A stretch of 32,495 bases of DNA from a virus. Its lineage: Duplodnaviria; Caudoviricetes. The DNA lies in IMG/VR virus record IMGVR_UViG_3300032212_000108, positions 1 to 32,495 of that record; one strand, given 5' to 3'. Below the pieces are notes generated by a model. That model was given only the letters and a program-made list of their open reading frames with translations. It ran no database searches and had not been told where the DNA came from. How positions within the stretch are numbered: the stretch's first letter is position 1; each line of letters begins with the position of its first letter. This document shows, one piece after another, positions 1 to 9,769 of the stretch. The position numbers and the translations under genes were made by a program.

Positions 1-91
1 CCGAGCCAAACACCCACGCCAGCAGGGCAGACGAGAAGGCTGCAAGTAGGTTTAAAAACGCTTTTGCGCTTATCGTCTGTTCCGTTGTCAT
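1..91 (-). CDS. Partial membrane protein (possible holin), 5' part only
   Basis: Manual translation MTTEQTISAKAFLNLLAAFSSALLAWVFGS... gives a hydrophobic helix; GGGGG RBS-like motif upstream; lies downstream of the tail fibre. Confidence 0.45.
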   Translation of the reverse strand, partial: MTTEQTISAKAFLNLLAAFSSALLAWVFGS

Positions 92-106
92 GTGACCCCC
101 ACATTA

Positions 107-166
107 TTATTTCTTCTTCGGCGGCTTTCGTTTTTGTGTTTTCCCTTTCGATACTTTGCATCCCAT
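107..166 (-). CDS. Possible tiny basic peptide (19 aa)
   Basis: MGCKVSKGKTQKRKPPKKK; GGAG inside the end of the tail fibre gene could act as RBS. Confidence 0.3.
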   Translation of the reverse strand: MGCKVSKGKTQKRKPPKKK

Positions 167-168
167 GG

Positions 169-1890
169 TTAAGCTCCTGTTTTGATATATGCCACAATGT
201 AGCCGTTGGAATCCGCGTTAATCAATGGTAGCACCGGCGACGCCTTGAAGAAATTAAAATAAGGGGACGTATCGCAACTAATGGCCATATGTGCGCCATC
301 GCCACCAATGGAAACGGCCTCTGAGCCAGAGGCAAGCGTGTTATCAGGGATACTTATTGCTAGCAGGCTATCGGGATAAACCTTATACGAGAAGATGAAT
401 GGTGACGTTTGAGACACTGCGTAAAGCCTATTATCACCATCGAACGCAATACCCCTAACTGCCCCGCCTGGGAGTGATGCCGGGTTGTCTTGCTTTGTTA
501 GTGTGTCACTAGCCAAATCATAAACAGACAGAAAAGTCGATGTGTCATAGCCCACAGCCAGCTTATCCCCTGACTCATTAAACGCGACGCTGTAGCCCGT
601 TCCATCTGGCAAGTCTGACGGATCAGCGAGCTTTGCCAGAACGTCACCAGTTCTTTTATATGCCGTCACAAATGGGGTGGTCGCATGACTTACTGCAAGG
701 TAAGTGCTTGTCGTGTCCCACGCCACACCGTAACCTATTCCTGTTGGCGTTGTTGCTGGGTCGGCAATCTTTGTGAATGTGTCGCCGCTTCGCTTGTATG
801 TCGTCATGTATGGCGCTGTGTTGTGGCCTACAGTCAAATAAACGCCGTCCGGGCTGAATGCTACTGAATAAGCATCTCCTGTTGGTAGTGTTGCCGGGTT
901 TGATAATTTGGTAAAAACATCACCAGCACGCTTATAAATTGTCACAAAAGGGGTTGTAGTGTGAGCAACCGCTAAATATGTATCGTCGGCACTAAATGCC
1001 GTCGCACGGCCTATACCTGTTGGCAGCGTTGCCGGGGCCGTCAATATCGCCAGCGCGTCGCCTGTTCGCTTGTAATTTTTAACATAGGGAGATGAAGTCT
1101 CAACAACTGAAACATAAGTTGAATCCGAGCTACATGCTATGCCATTGCCTGCGCTGCCTGGTAGTGTCGACGGGTCTGCCAGCTTAACAGGATAGCCACC
1201 AATCTTTGTATAGAGGTCGGCGTATGTAGTTGAGTTGTACGTGTCACCATTGCATGGAAGCCATGTTGGTTCTGCGTGTTCTGCTGCATCACCTGACATT
1301 TTTATATCGCCGATTCTGAAGTCAGTTGCAGCATTGCGCCAGTTTGTAGTGTCTGAAATTGGATCGTTGCCACTGTTTGAGCTGGTCAGGGATACATACA
1401 AATTCCCATCTGATCCCTGAACAATGTCATCAGCTGTGTATGAGACGTTGGTATTCCATGTCTCGTTAAATTGCACCCTTGCCCATGATGCCGGAGCGCC
1501 GGTCGGGTCGTTGCCCTGGTTAGACGCTGCAATACTGACATAAAAATTATTATCTGATCCGACCACAAGATTGTTAACAGCGTAAACGGTTGAAGCCTCC
1601 CATGATGAAAACTCACCGGCAACTGCCGCCACGACTGGATCACGTGTCTCGATGTTTGCATTAGCGCTAGTGGCTAGAACAACCTTGGCCACGCCGTCAA
1701 AGAATATATCCGGCTGCCTTCCTGCTGCTGACAACACGACCGGGTTTGCGTTAGGGATTGTCTGACTGGAATCTGAATAGGTTGTTTTTTTAGTTGAAGT
1801 GCCTGTTTCGTAAAAATACAGCAGCCCTCCGGCTAATGGGTCGCCAGCGTCATCTAGGTATTGTTCGCCTACTTTTTTAAATCGTGCCAT
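169..1890 (-). CDS. Tail fibre / receptor-binding protein: podophage-type N-terminal attachment domain, two carbohydrate-binding-like repeats, tail-collar motif, beta-propeller
   Basis: N-term GLLYFYETGTSTKKTTYSD..NPVVLSAAGR; two W-x4-Y-x5-V-GSD-x2-YVS repeats; IGDIKM..WLPCNG..YADLY collar motif; about seven ~46-aa repeats (VAFSPDGVYLTVGH..PY..YKR). Confidence 0.8.
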   Translation of the reverse strand: MARFKKVGEQYLDDAGDPLAGGLLYFYETGTSTKKTTYSDSSQTIPNANPVVLSAAGRQPDIFFDGVAKVVLATSANANIETRDPVVAAVAGEFSSWEASTVYAVNNLVVGSDNNFYVSIAASNQGNDPTGAPASWARVQFNETWNTNVSYTADDIVQGSDGNLYVSLTSSNSGNDPISDTTNWRNAATDFRIGDIKMSGDAAEHAEPTWLPCNGDTYNSTTYADLYTKIGGYPVKLADPSTLPGSAGNGIACSSDSTYVSVVETSSPYVKNYKRTGDALAILTAPATLPTGIGRATAFSADDTYLAVAHTTTPFVTIYKRAGDVFTKLSNPATLPTGDAYSVAFSPDGVYLTVGHNTAPYMTTYKRSGDTFTKIADPATTPTGIGYGVAWDTTSTYLAVSHATTPFVTAYKRTGDVLAKLADPSDLPDGTGYSVAFNESGDKLAVGYDTSTFLSVYDLASDTLTKQDNPASLPGGAVRGIAFDGDNRLYAVSQTSPFIFSYKVYPDSLLAISIPDNTLASGSEAVSIGGDGAHMAISCDTSPYFNFFKASPVLPLINADSNGYIVAYIKTGA

Positions 1891-3986
1891 TATTGCGCTT
1901 CCTCTTGCTGTATGGCTGATATGCCTATCGCAGACCCAAGCGCTGGAAAGTCACGCTCTATGCTGCTAATTACTTTCTTGTAGCCTGGGTTGGCTTTCAT
2001 AGCCTTGCGTACTGCACGCTCATCCCCACCAGCTTTAATAATAAAATTGATTGTATCTCTAACCGCTGCTAGCCCTGGTGCCGACCCAACCCGATTTATC
2101 ATGTCCATAATTACAGGTGCCGAACCTTTAGGCGTTGCGGCTGCTGTGGGGGATATGTCAAGCGCGGTCTCTTCTAGCGCTCTCAGCGTGGCTAGCGCTT
2201 TCGGATTGTCTTTAAATAATACAGCCAGCTTATTATCTGGGCCGTCAAACTTTCGTAACGACTTTGCAAACTGGTTGCCGCTAATTGTTTGCACGCCGCC
2301 GGTTTTCTGGCTAACTGCTCGCATTGCGTCATCCAAGGCATTCAATACTACTGACGACTGCATGTCATTAATCGCCCTTTGGCCCGGCTTCCCGGCTTTG
2401 GCTAGACTAGCCATGGTGCGCTGCAAATCTTCAACCGCCGCCGTGGGCGACAATAGCGTTTTTGTGACTTTTGACGCCTCAATAATTGGCGTTACCTGGT
2501 CGCGCTTAACCCCTATTAATCGGCCTGTTATCGATTGAGGTGAAAACTCTTGTTTCATCTGGCGAACAGTGCCGCGTGCCTTTTTAATGATTTTGCTTAT
2601 GCTCTCATCCATTACCCCGGCTTTCGTCATTGCATCGGCGATCATATCGACTTCATTATCCAAGGCATTTTTGATTGGTCCCGTGATTACTTTAATCGCG
2701 CCGGTCTGGTCTGATCGTTCAATATTATTAATCAGCTTTCTGAAGCGATCAAAATTAGCCATTGTTAAAGGTTGTGGATCCATTCCGCTAGGCAACACAT
2801 CAAGCTGGCTTTGATCTATCCCGAACCTGGCTAAAGCCTGCTTTAACTTATTCACCGCTTCAGGTGCCGTTATGCTTATATCGTCTATAGTATCAGCATC
2901 AGGCATTGCTTTTAATATATCATCCGGAAGAACCGGGACGTTTGCCGCCTGTGGTCGTGTCTCAGCAACCTTTTTATATAGCGCTGTTTTCTCTTTCTGC
3001 AAAAGACTCTTCCTTGCTGACAAAGCGTCTTTTACTGCGTCGCCTGTTTCTCTAGGAACTCCTAAATCTTGGATTAAATCATCTACTTTGCTTGTGAATG
3101 CTTGGCTCTGCCTAAGCTTTAGCTGACGTAACGGCTCTGCTGCCTCGTTTACCGAGGCCATGCTTAATATTCTCTGCTCTGCTGCCTGTTCGCCAAAATC
3201 CTGAGTAATATCACCAGCCGTTGCCGGGATCCCTTGAGCTTTAAATCTTGCCGCCCTGGCTGCCTGCTCTACATTTACGCCTTGAGGCTGTGATTCAAGA
3301 AACTTTTTCACCTCTCCTGTCAGGTCATCAACCGTAACCCCGGCTTCATCCATCGCGGACTTAAACTCTGGCGTTGGGATACCTTCTTTTGTCAGTAACG
3401 GGCCTTTAGGTGTTTTGCCTAGCTTCCTAAAAATCTGACGGCCAAGGCGACCAATGACAGGCATAACCAATTCCAAAGCACCGCCGATGCCAGCACCAAC
3501 CCCCGCGCTAGTAACTGTCTCACCGACTGTCCCGCCCTCACCTCTTGCGATAGCTCCACCTTCCAACCCTCCTATGCCCATTGATGCCAACACTCGCATT
3601 GGCAAGCTCTGAATGCCCGCAGCTGCCAGCCCTAATGGCACGAATGGCGCGGCCTGTCCTGCAATCTCACCACCTGTAACTGCTACTGGATATTCTTCTC
3701 TAAGCGCTTCAATTGCTGCTTTTGCTGTTTCGTCCTCCGGCTCCATCAAGCCAACGCCACGGGCAATAGTCGCAAACCCTGAGCCAAGGCCAATTAATGT
3801 GGCTTGGAAAGCGTTAGTGTCTTGCGCTAGCGTCTGCATTCTCTCCTGAACGCCTTGCGAAAAGTCGATCGGCTCGTCTGGTGCGGCGATTTTTATCTCA
3901 TCCAACAAATCACCGCCCATTGTGCGGGCCGCGCTGGCTGGATCGTCATCGCTTTTCTTTCCTAGCTCATCGAATAAATCACTCAT
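1890..3986 (-). CDS. DNA ejection (pilot/transfer) protein, P22 gp16-like position
   Basis: 698 aa, helical, with a Gly/Ala-rich hydrophobic segment; sits between the other ejection genes and the tail fibre. Confidence 0.65.
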   Translation of the reverse strand: MSDLFDELGKKSDDDPASAARTMGGDLLDEIKIAAPDEPIDFSQGVQERMQTLAQDTNAFQATLIGLGSGFATIARGVGLMEPEDETAKAAIEALREEYPVAVTGGEIAGQAAPFVPLGLAAAGIQSLPMRVLASMGIGGLEGGAIARGEGGTVGETVTSAGVGAGIGGALELVMPVIGRLGRQIFRKLGKTPKGPLLTKEGIPTPEFKSAMDEAGVTVDDLTGEVKKFLESQPQGVNVEQAARAARFKAQGIPATAGDITQDFGEQAAEQRILSMASVNEAAEPLRQLKLRQSQAFTSKVDDLIQDLGVPRETGDAVKDALSARKSLLQKEKTALYKKVAETRPQAANVPVLPDDILKAMPDADTIDDISITAPEAVNKLKQALARFGIDQSQLDVLPSGMDPQPLTMANFDRFRKLINNIERSDQTGAIKVITGPIKNALDNEVDMIADAMTKAGVMDESISKIIKKARGTVRQMKQEFSPQSITGRLIGVKRDQVTPIIEASKVTKTLLSPTAAVEDLQRTMASLAKAGKPGQRAINDMQSSVVLNALDDAMRAVSQKTGGVQTISGNQFAKSLRKFDGPDNKLAVLFKDNPKALATLRALEETALDISPTAAATPKGSAPVIMDMINRVGSAPGLAAVRDTINFIIKAGGDERAVRKAMKANPGYKKVISSIERDFPALGSAIGISAIQQEEAQ

Positions 3987-5116
3987 GGCAGTTTCACGCC
4001 AAGTTGGGCTGCCACATCTTCAGGCGCTAACCCTCTGTTTTGCGCTGTCTCGTATATTTCTCCAACCGTAATTTTTCGCCCAAGCTTTTTAGACTCTATC
4101 GACTTGCGCCATTGGCGGTTTAGCCCGGCTGGCTTTCTGCGTGAAGATATATAATCAGCCTTGAATTGATTATATGCAGCATCAAACCGCGCTAGTCGTG
4201 CAGCCCCGCGCAAAAACGACGCAACCTGTGATGCTGGGGCATTTTCAGGTGGAACGCCTCTAAACGCCTCTTGAACGTCTCTGTCTGTTGCCGGGCCTGG
4301 AGGCAGGTACTTCAAGGCCTCTGACATCCTGACCTTATTAAACCTGCGTCGGAATTCTGTCACCTCGTCTTGTGAGCCAAGAATACTTTTAAATGTTTCT
4401 GTCACCGTTGATTTGAGGCCGCCTTCTACATCCTTGCGCTCAAAGTCTTTGGCTAGCACTTGGTATTCATTCGAGCTTCTTTGAGCCTCGACTACAGCGT
4501 CTTGCGCCTTCATTAGCGCGGCCTCTGCCCCAGCTGACATTTTAGTTCTCTGTCGTTCTTCTTGCGCCTCTTTAAGCTCAAGCTCTCGGACTTTCAAGCG
4601 CTGATCCTCCAGGCTCGAACCCTCGAACCCTTTAACCTTTCTGGCTACCACGCCATCATCGCCCGCCTCATAATACTGGCCCCGGTCGCTTACCTGTGAA
4701 GCCGTGAGGATCCTCTTGCTTTCGCCTTGTTTGTACTCAGGAACAAGACCCTGCAAGGTAAAGCGCATATCTAGCTCTTTCACCAGCTCACCAAGCATTT
4801 CAGGGTCTTGGTCGATCAGCTGTAATGCTTGCGCTGTGTCTCGATCATCAGCATTCGGGTCGATCTGCTTTAATGTTTGAAGGCGATTCATTAACAGCTC
4901 TTTGCCCTGTGGAATGCGCCCGTTTTCTAAATGATCTCTGAGAATACGGGTATCAATAGCAAAAGCCTGCTTGCGCTCTTGTGATAACTTGTCAGCCTGT
5001 GTTTGTCGTTCACGCTCCTGCTGGGCTTGTAGCTGCTGGAACTCTACTCCACGTCCCTGAAGGCCAGCGCCAAGTGCTTGAAGTCCTGTTCCGAAGTTTT
5101 CTCTAGTGACTGGCAT
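3983..5116 (-). CDS. DNA ejection protein, P22 gp20-like position
   Basis: Coiled-coil rich with an LPPGPATDRD motif; synteny. The ORF track starts at 5128 but MPVT at 5116 is more likely. Confidence 0.6.
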   Translation of the reverse strand: MPVTRENFGTGLQALGAGLQGRGVEFQQLQAQQERERQTQADKLSQERKQAFAIDTRILRDHLENGRIPQGKELLMNRLQTLKQIDPNADDRDTAQALQLIDQDPEMLGELVKELDMRFTLQGLVPEYKQGESKRILTASQVSDRGQYYEAGDDGVVARKVKGFEGSSLEDQRLKVRELELKEAQEERQRTKMSAGAEAALMKAQDAVVEAQRSSNEYQVLAKDFERKDVEGGLKSTVTETFKSILGSQDEVTEFRRRFNKVRMSEALKYLPPGPATDRDVQEAFRGVPPENAPASQVASFLRGAARLARFDAAYNQFKADYISSRRKPAGLNRQWRKSIESKKLGRKITVGEIYETAQNRGLAPEDVAAQLGVKLP

Positions 5117-5117
5117 T

Positions 5118-6458
5118 CTATGCTCCAAATACGTTATAAGCGCCGCCGATGCCGCTTAACAATTGGCCAGCGCCACCAAGAACATCAGGCCCAGCTTGAA
5201 CACCTGGGATGCCCGGCAAGCCTGCTACCTGTGTTCCTGACTGAGTGGCGATATTGGCAAGCAGTGTTGCTAATGCCTGCTGTGTCCCGCCAAGCTGAGC
5301 ACCTGTGCCAGATAGTAAGTTGGCCAGGTTGCCACCCGTTGCGCCAAGCAAATCAGATACCCCGGCTCCTTGCTGCTGAGCTAGGTTCGACAGTGCGCTG
5401 GATGTTCCGCCAATGTTAGACGCTAGCATCTGGCCAACATCAAAACGACGGCCGGCCATTTCTGAGCCTGCCTGACTCGCTAGCTGCGCGGCTGTTAATC
5501 CGCCAGCCTGACCAAGATTGGCTAGTGACTGCCCTATCTGGCTCGACAAGTTAGCGCCGGCAATATCTCTGCCTGACTGCTGCCCGGCAAAGTCACCAAT
5601 CAACCCAGCCTCGGCACCTCTTAATTGCCCGGCTGACTGCGCGGCCTGCAATCCTGTTCCTGCTATCTGACCAAGGCGGTTAAATTGACTGCCAAAGTCC
5701 TGAGCTGCCATGCCAATTCCTTGACGCATTAACTCTCGACGAACATTGCCACCACCAAGCCCACCGATTGCCGCCTCATTCGCTAGCAAAGCTTGCTGGC
5801 CCTGCTGCTGCAAATACTGCTGCCCTGGTGAGGCTGTATAACCACTAAAGGCTTGCTGCTGCTGCTGTGGGCCTAGTGCGCCTGCCAATGCTGCCTGAGC
5901 AGTAAATGCCTGCCCAGCTGCCGGGTAAGTAAACTCAAACGGGCTTACGCCCTGCTGAATTGCGCCTCTTGCCTGGGCTAGTTGTTCTTGAGCGCCACCA
6001 CCTGCCAGCTGAGACAGTCCGGTTTGCTGCGCCTGCTGAAGATCAGACCGGCCAGTTTGCAGGCCAATCTCAAGCCCTTGCAGCGCTCCGGTTAGTCCTC
6101 GCATATTAGCTTGCTCAGCACCGATCAAGCCTGTTTGTGGTGTTGATGGGTAAATAATTCTCTGCTGTGGCTGGTTGATATTCTGGCTAATCCAGTTTTG
6201 TGCCGTCCCTGGGGCGTACCCAAGCGCGGTATCAAGCTGGCCAGGGGCGACGCCAAACTGCTGAGAGGCCGCATATATCTGCTCTGGTGTCATGCCTTGC
6301 GTGTAATCGACAATCTGCTGGTTTGTGTATTGCTGCGGAATGGTTGTCTGTCCTGGATTAGTTGGCATTAGTGGTGATCCTGGTTGGTTCATTGGCGCCA
6401 CTGGTTGGCCTATCCCCGGCTGCACTACCTGCTGAAGCTGTTGTTGTATCGTATCCAT
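5118..6458 (-). CDS. DNA ejection/internal virion protein (Gln/Gly/Ala-rich)
   Basis: SPGQQYLQQQGQQALLANEAAIGGLGGGNVRRELMRQGIGMAAQDF resembles podophage DNA-transfer proteins. Confidence 0.65.
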   Translation of the reverse strand: MDTIQQQLQQVVQPGIGQPVAPMNQPGSPLMPTNPGQTTIPQQYTNQQIVDYTQGMTPEQIYAASQQFGVAPGQLDTALGYAPGTAQNWISQNINQPQQRIIYPSTPQTGLIGAEQANMRGLTGALQGLEIGLQTGRSDLQQAQQTGLSQLAGGGAQEQLAQARGAIQQGVSPFEFTYPAAGQAFTAQAALAGALGPQQQQQAFSGYTASPGQQYLQQQGQQALLANEAAIGGLGGGNVRRELMRQGIGMAAQDFGSQFNRLGQIAGTGLQAAQSAGQLRGAEAGLIGDFAGQQSGRDIAGANLSSQIGQSLANLGQAGGLTAAQLASQAGSEMAGRRFDVGQMLASNIGGTSSALSNLAQQQGAGVSDLLGATGGNLANLLSGTGAQLGGTQQALATLLANIATQSGTQVAGLPGIPGVQAGPDVLGGAGQLLSGIGGAYNVFGA

Positions 6459-7069
6459 TAGAAAAGCCCCACTCCAATCCTCCTAGAAATGTCCTGCAAT
6501 TCTGCGATGATTTTTTCCTCTTGCGCCCTTATGTATTCGGGGTCTTGCCGCCTCTGCTCATCTAGCACCCTCTGGGCTTCCTGCTCATCTCTCATACCTG
6601 TAAGGGCTTGTTGTGACGTTGTGAACTGTGGCATTTGCGTATCAAACGGGGCCATATTTACTTGTTGCTGATATGGCTGGAAGGCCGAGTAATCTACCGG
6701 CTGACCCATCAAGGCCGCCTGAACTTGAGACATACCGCCTATTAATTGCTGTTGTGCGCCTACATTGCCTTGCTGAAAAGCGCCAATCTGTTGCGGCCCT
6801 AGCTGCCTTAGAAGGGCATAGGCGGCTTCGTTGCCTGCAAGAATGTTACCTTCAGCACCACCAAAAAGCGCCTCACTAGACCGCTCTGCCTTTGCAGATT
6901 GCGACTCTATAAACGCCTGTGCTCGATCATTTGCCGCGACTTGACCGCGCTGCGCGCTGGTATCCGGCTTATTCAGCATTGAGCTAAGCGCCACGCCGCC
7001 CACCGTCGCTGCTAATGTTGGTATCATTGGGCTAAGCGCGCCGCCCACCGTCGCTGCTACTGTTGGCAT
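6458..7069 (-). CDS. DNA ejection protein, P22 gp7-like position
   Basis: Hydrophobic Gly/Ala N-terminus followed by Q/A-rich helices; synteny. Confidence 0.55.
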   Translation of the reverse strand: MPTVAATVGGALSPMIPTLAATVGGVALSSMLNKPDTSAQRGQVAANDRAQAFIESQSAKAERSSEALFGGAEGNILAGNEAAYALLRQLGPQQIGAFQQGNVGAQQQLIGGMSQVQAALMGQPVDYSAFQPYQQQVNMAPFDTQMPQFTTSQQALTGMRDEQEAQRVLDEQRRQDPEYIRAQEEKIIAELQDISRRIGVGLF

Positions 7070-7070
7070 C
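6976..7070. repeat. Imperfect tandem duplication (~48 nt unit) of the 5' end of the gp7-like gene
   Basis: cgccgcccaccgtcgctgcta(a/c)tgttgg(t/c)atc occurs twice; protein reads MPTVAATVGGALSPM / IPTLAATVGGVALSSM. Confidence 0.8.
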
Positions 7071-7542
7071 TTAAATACTCCTCTACCTCGTCGCGGGTTA
7101 TTCCATAATTTTCCATGTCTACAATTTCCCCGCCTTTTAAGTAGCTTTTACGGTTTGTACCTTCGTGCTTAAACCCGAAATATTTAACGTATTTTATCAC
7201 GTTACCGTACAAAGCCGGAACGCTCGTGACAAATTTCTGACACTCATCGGGTAAGTTGTCAAGCATCCACTTATAGACCTCAATGCCAGCCGTCTTGCTA
7301 TGTTTTGCCCTATATCTAACAAGTATTTGAGCGTGAATCATCATTGTTACGGTGGTCAGTGAATGCAGGAAATACAGTCCGATAATCTCTTCGTCATCAA
7401 CAACAACTAGCCATACATCTTTCTCAACATCTGGATTGAAATCAATTGGCCTTTGCCCGTCCTCTGAAACGGTGTCGAATATCTCAGGGGTAGACATAAA
7501 ACATCGAACAAACTCTTCGTTGTATGTCCTTTCGACTATCAT
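7057..7542 (-). CDS. GNAT-fold acetyltransferase-like virion assembly protein (P22 gp14-like position)
   Basis: FGFKHEGTNRKSYLKGGEIVDMENYGI is a RimJ/GNAT-like C-terminal motif; synteny. Confidence 0.65.
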   Translation of the reverse strand: MIVERTYNEEFVRCFMSTPEIFDTVSEDGQRPIDFNPDVEKDVWLVVVDDEEIIGLYFLHSLTTVTMMIHAQILVRYRAKHSKTAGIEVYKWMLDNLPDECQKFVTSVPALYGNVIKYVKYFGFKHEGTNRKSYLKGGEIVDMENYGITRDEVEEYLRCQQ

Positions 7543-7793
7543 GCTAGTTTCCAGCCCTGGGATTTGTCGCCGCTAATGTCGGCCAGCATCTTGATATAAT
7601 GAATCGACCCTGCTGCCGCTGTGGTGTCGTAGTAGCTAGAATACTGCAAAGCCTCTACAACACCCTCAGGGCTTCCCTCTCCAGTGTGAGGGATAAGGTT
7701 CGTTAGAATGGCTTGAAGCTCCCTGAACGGCTGTGCCATTGTCCCGTCCATATTAATGATGGGTTGCGTGGCGTTTAATACACGACGATTCAA
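7539..7793 (-). CDS. Small tail/virion protein (P22 gp26 position)
   Basis: GEGSPEGVVEA..YYDT..YIK..GW motif seen in phage tail proteins; follows the gp10-like gene. Confidence 0.5.
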   Translation of the reverse strand: MNRRVLNATQPIINMDGTMAQPFRELQAILTNLIPHTGEGSPEGVVEALQYSSYYDTTAAAGSIHYIKMLADISGDKSQGWKLA

Positions 7794-9241
7794 CTTGCAG
7801 CCCTCATATCAGCCGTCAGCTGGATTATCGACGTATCTACAGCGTCAGCAAGCGTAAACTTAAGCACAGCAATGCGGGGGATTCGGCCATTCCTGCGCCA
7901 TACTGCCCGACGCTTGTAATCGCCTATGCCGCCGATTGATCTTGCTCGCTCATCTCTAAATGTTTTGCCGCCATTCAGGCTGATAGCCATTGAAACCTTA
8001 GGGTCCACAACATCCGCATTGCCTGCGCCTGATTCAACCGTTAGCTCAATCATCGGGATTGTGAATGCTTGCATGTTATTTTGAAACGGCTGGCTCGATA
8101 CTGTTCTGATTATGCCAGAGCCATATTCATCAAGTGCCGACTTGCATAGTTTGCCAATTCGGCCATCAATAGAATCGCCGATAATAGTCATGCCGTAAGC
8201 ATTCACGACTGAATTAGCCCTGAATCTTACCGACTGCTTACCGCCTGCTGCTGTGGAAAACGCGCTCTTTCTTTCGTGCCACCGTCCTGTTATAGCGTCT
8301 ATAACCAGTGTCGTGTTCGGTAGCGAGAAGCCAACAAAGTACGCGCCCTTCTCAGCATACGACCAAGCAAAGGCTTGATTTAGCTCGTCACTACTAAAGT
8401 CCTGTAGGACATTGTCAATAGCCGTTGTGCTGACCTTTTCAACAGTATTGCCAGCCAGCTGCCAGATTGCCGGGGATTCATTTTTACCACCGCCGATCCA
8501 CATAAAGGTATCGTTTGACTCGATCAGTGATAATGGAGACTTAACCCCTTTTGACAGATACAGCCCTGACCTTTGGAATGGGAAGTCAGCGCCGCCGATA
8601 TTCTGGAACCCTTCGCCTGTGACTGAACCCATTATGAATAACTGGTTCTTGAAAACAAAAGGCGCAACAGTATCATCAGGGTTGGCCTCAGCCGATCCAA
8701 AGTCCAAAGCGTTGTAGCTTAGCCCGTCATTAAGGGCTGAAATAATGAATTTCTTGGAATCAGTTGTGATGACAAAATAACCATCAATAAACACAACGTA
8801 TTGAGGCTGTCCGTTTGCAGTGAAATCTGCATCAGTTATCTGGGTAAGTGTGTCGGGCGATTCCGTGAATACGTATCCATTGCCGCCAGGGACAAGAATA
8901 AACAGCTGCGTCCCGTTGTCTGCCATTGATACACGGCCTGAGCCTGATATAGCGCCTAGATTTGTTGTTGTGTACGTGCTGCCAGATTCGTTAAGCCGAT
9001 ACAGCGAACCGCCGTTAACAAAGTACGGCTTGCCATTTAACACCCAAGCGCCACGATTGGCTTGATTGACTGTGCCGGTTGTGGCTAATTGTTCAGCCCC
9101 AGGCGTTCTGAATAGCGTTTCTGTTGCTAATGCTGGAGCCTGTGGAGCGTTTACATACCAATTGACACATTCCTGAGCTGATATCGGGAGGGAATCAGAC
9201 AGGTAGAAGCCGTTAGTGATTGGCAGCTGGGTGATTGGCAT
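7790..9241 (-). CDS. Packaged DNA stabilization protein / tail hub (P22 gp10-like)
   Basis: 483 aa; GSGRVSMADNG, FIDGYFV, AEANPD and WHER motifs typical of the P22 gp10 family. Confidence 0.85.
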   Translation of the reverse strand: MPITQLPITNGFYLSDSLPISAQECVNWYVNAPQAPALATETLFRTPGAEQLATTGTVNQANRGAWVLNGKPYFVNGGSLYRLNESGSTYTTTNLGAISGSGRVSMADNGTQLFILVPGGNGYVFTESPDTLTQITDADFTANGQPQYVVFIDGYFVITTDSKKFIISALNDGLSYNALDFGSAEANPDDTVAPFVFKNQLFIMGSVTGEGFQNIGGADFPFQRSGLYLSKGVKSPLSLIESNDTFMWIGGGKNESPAIWQLAGNTVEKVSTTAIDNVLQDFSSDELNQAFAWSYAEKGAYFVGFSLPNTTLVIDAITGRWHERKSAFSTAAGGKQSVRFRANSVVNAYGMTIIGDSIDGRIGKLCKSALDEYGSGIIRTVSSQPFQNNMQAFTIPMIELTVESGAGNADVVDPKVSMAISLNGGKTFRDERARSIGGIGDYKRRAVWRRNGRIPRIAVLKFTLADAVDTSIIQLTADMRAAS

Positions 9242-9663
9242 TAATCAGCACCGTCATAAAAGCGGTCAAGCGTAGATGCGTCGATGTCGTTGCCGCCCCC
9301 TCTTGGTAGTGTGTCTGGGTATTCAACCGCAACAATAGTCCGGCCTAGCCTTCTCATGGCGTTCATGCCGTCTTTGGCTGCAACAACAAGCCCTTGGGAT
9401 ATTTCGCCGCCGTAATCAGGGGCAACACGAATGGCCATATTGGCAACCAGCCCGTCAATAGCCCCGGCGTCGATGGTTATCGTGTCGCCAACATTTGTAA
9501 CGTCTGTATAGCCTAAGTCAGTGCCTCGGGCCTTTAAAGACGCCATGAAGTTGTTCATGTCAAAGATGAAATCGGCGTATTCGTCAGCCTCTAGCGGGGC
9601 CTCGCTTCCTTGTACGAGTATTCTTTGAAGCGCTGCCTTTGCTACTTGTGCCGCTGTCGTCAT
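9241..9663 (-). CDS. Head-tail adaptor (P22 gp4-like)
   Basis: MTT..AL..I, NMAIRVAPDYG and LPRGGGN motifs of the gp4 family; start placed at MTTAAQ. Confidence 0.8.
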   Translation of the reverse strand: MTTAAQVAKAALQRILVQGSEAPLEADEYADFIFDMNNFMASLKARGTDLGYTDVTNVGDTITIDAGAIDGLVANMAIRVAPDYGGEISQGLVVAAKDGMNAMRRLGRTIVAVEYPDTLPRGGGNDIDASTLDRFYDGAD

Positions 9664-9769
9664 TAGATTTAGCCTCTTTACGTTTCCAACCAAGGGACTC
9701 TACATATTCAATAGTTGCAGGCCGGTCGTTGGTTTCAATCTCGTTACCGTTGGGTTTAATCCATTTCAT
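9584..9769 (-). CDS. Small conserved protein downstream of the coat gene
   Basis: MKWIKPNGNEIETND..LGWKR with AGAGG RBS; occupies the usual post-capsid position. Confidence 0.5.
   Translation of the reverse strand: MKWIKPNGNEIETNDRPATIEYVESLGWKRKEAKSNDDSGTSSKGSASKNTRTRKRGPARG

Noticed and set aside
169-1890. Diversity-generating retroelement target in the tail fibre
   Set aside because: No reverse transcriptase or TR/VR pair differing at adenines was seen. The repeats are internal propeller blades.
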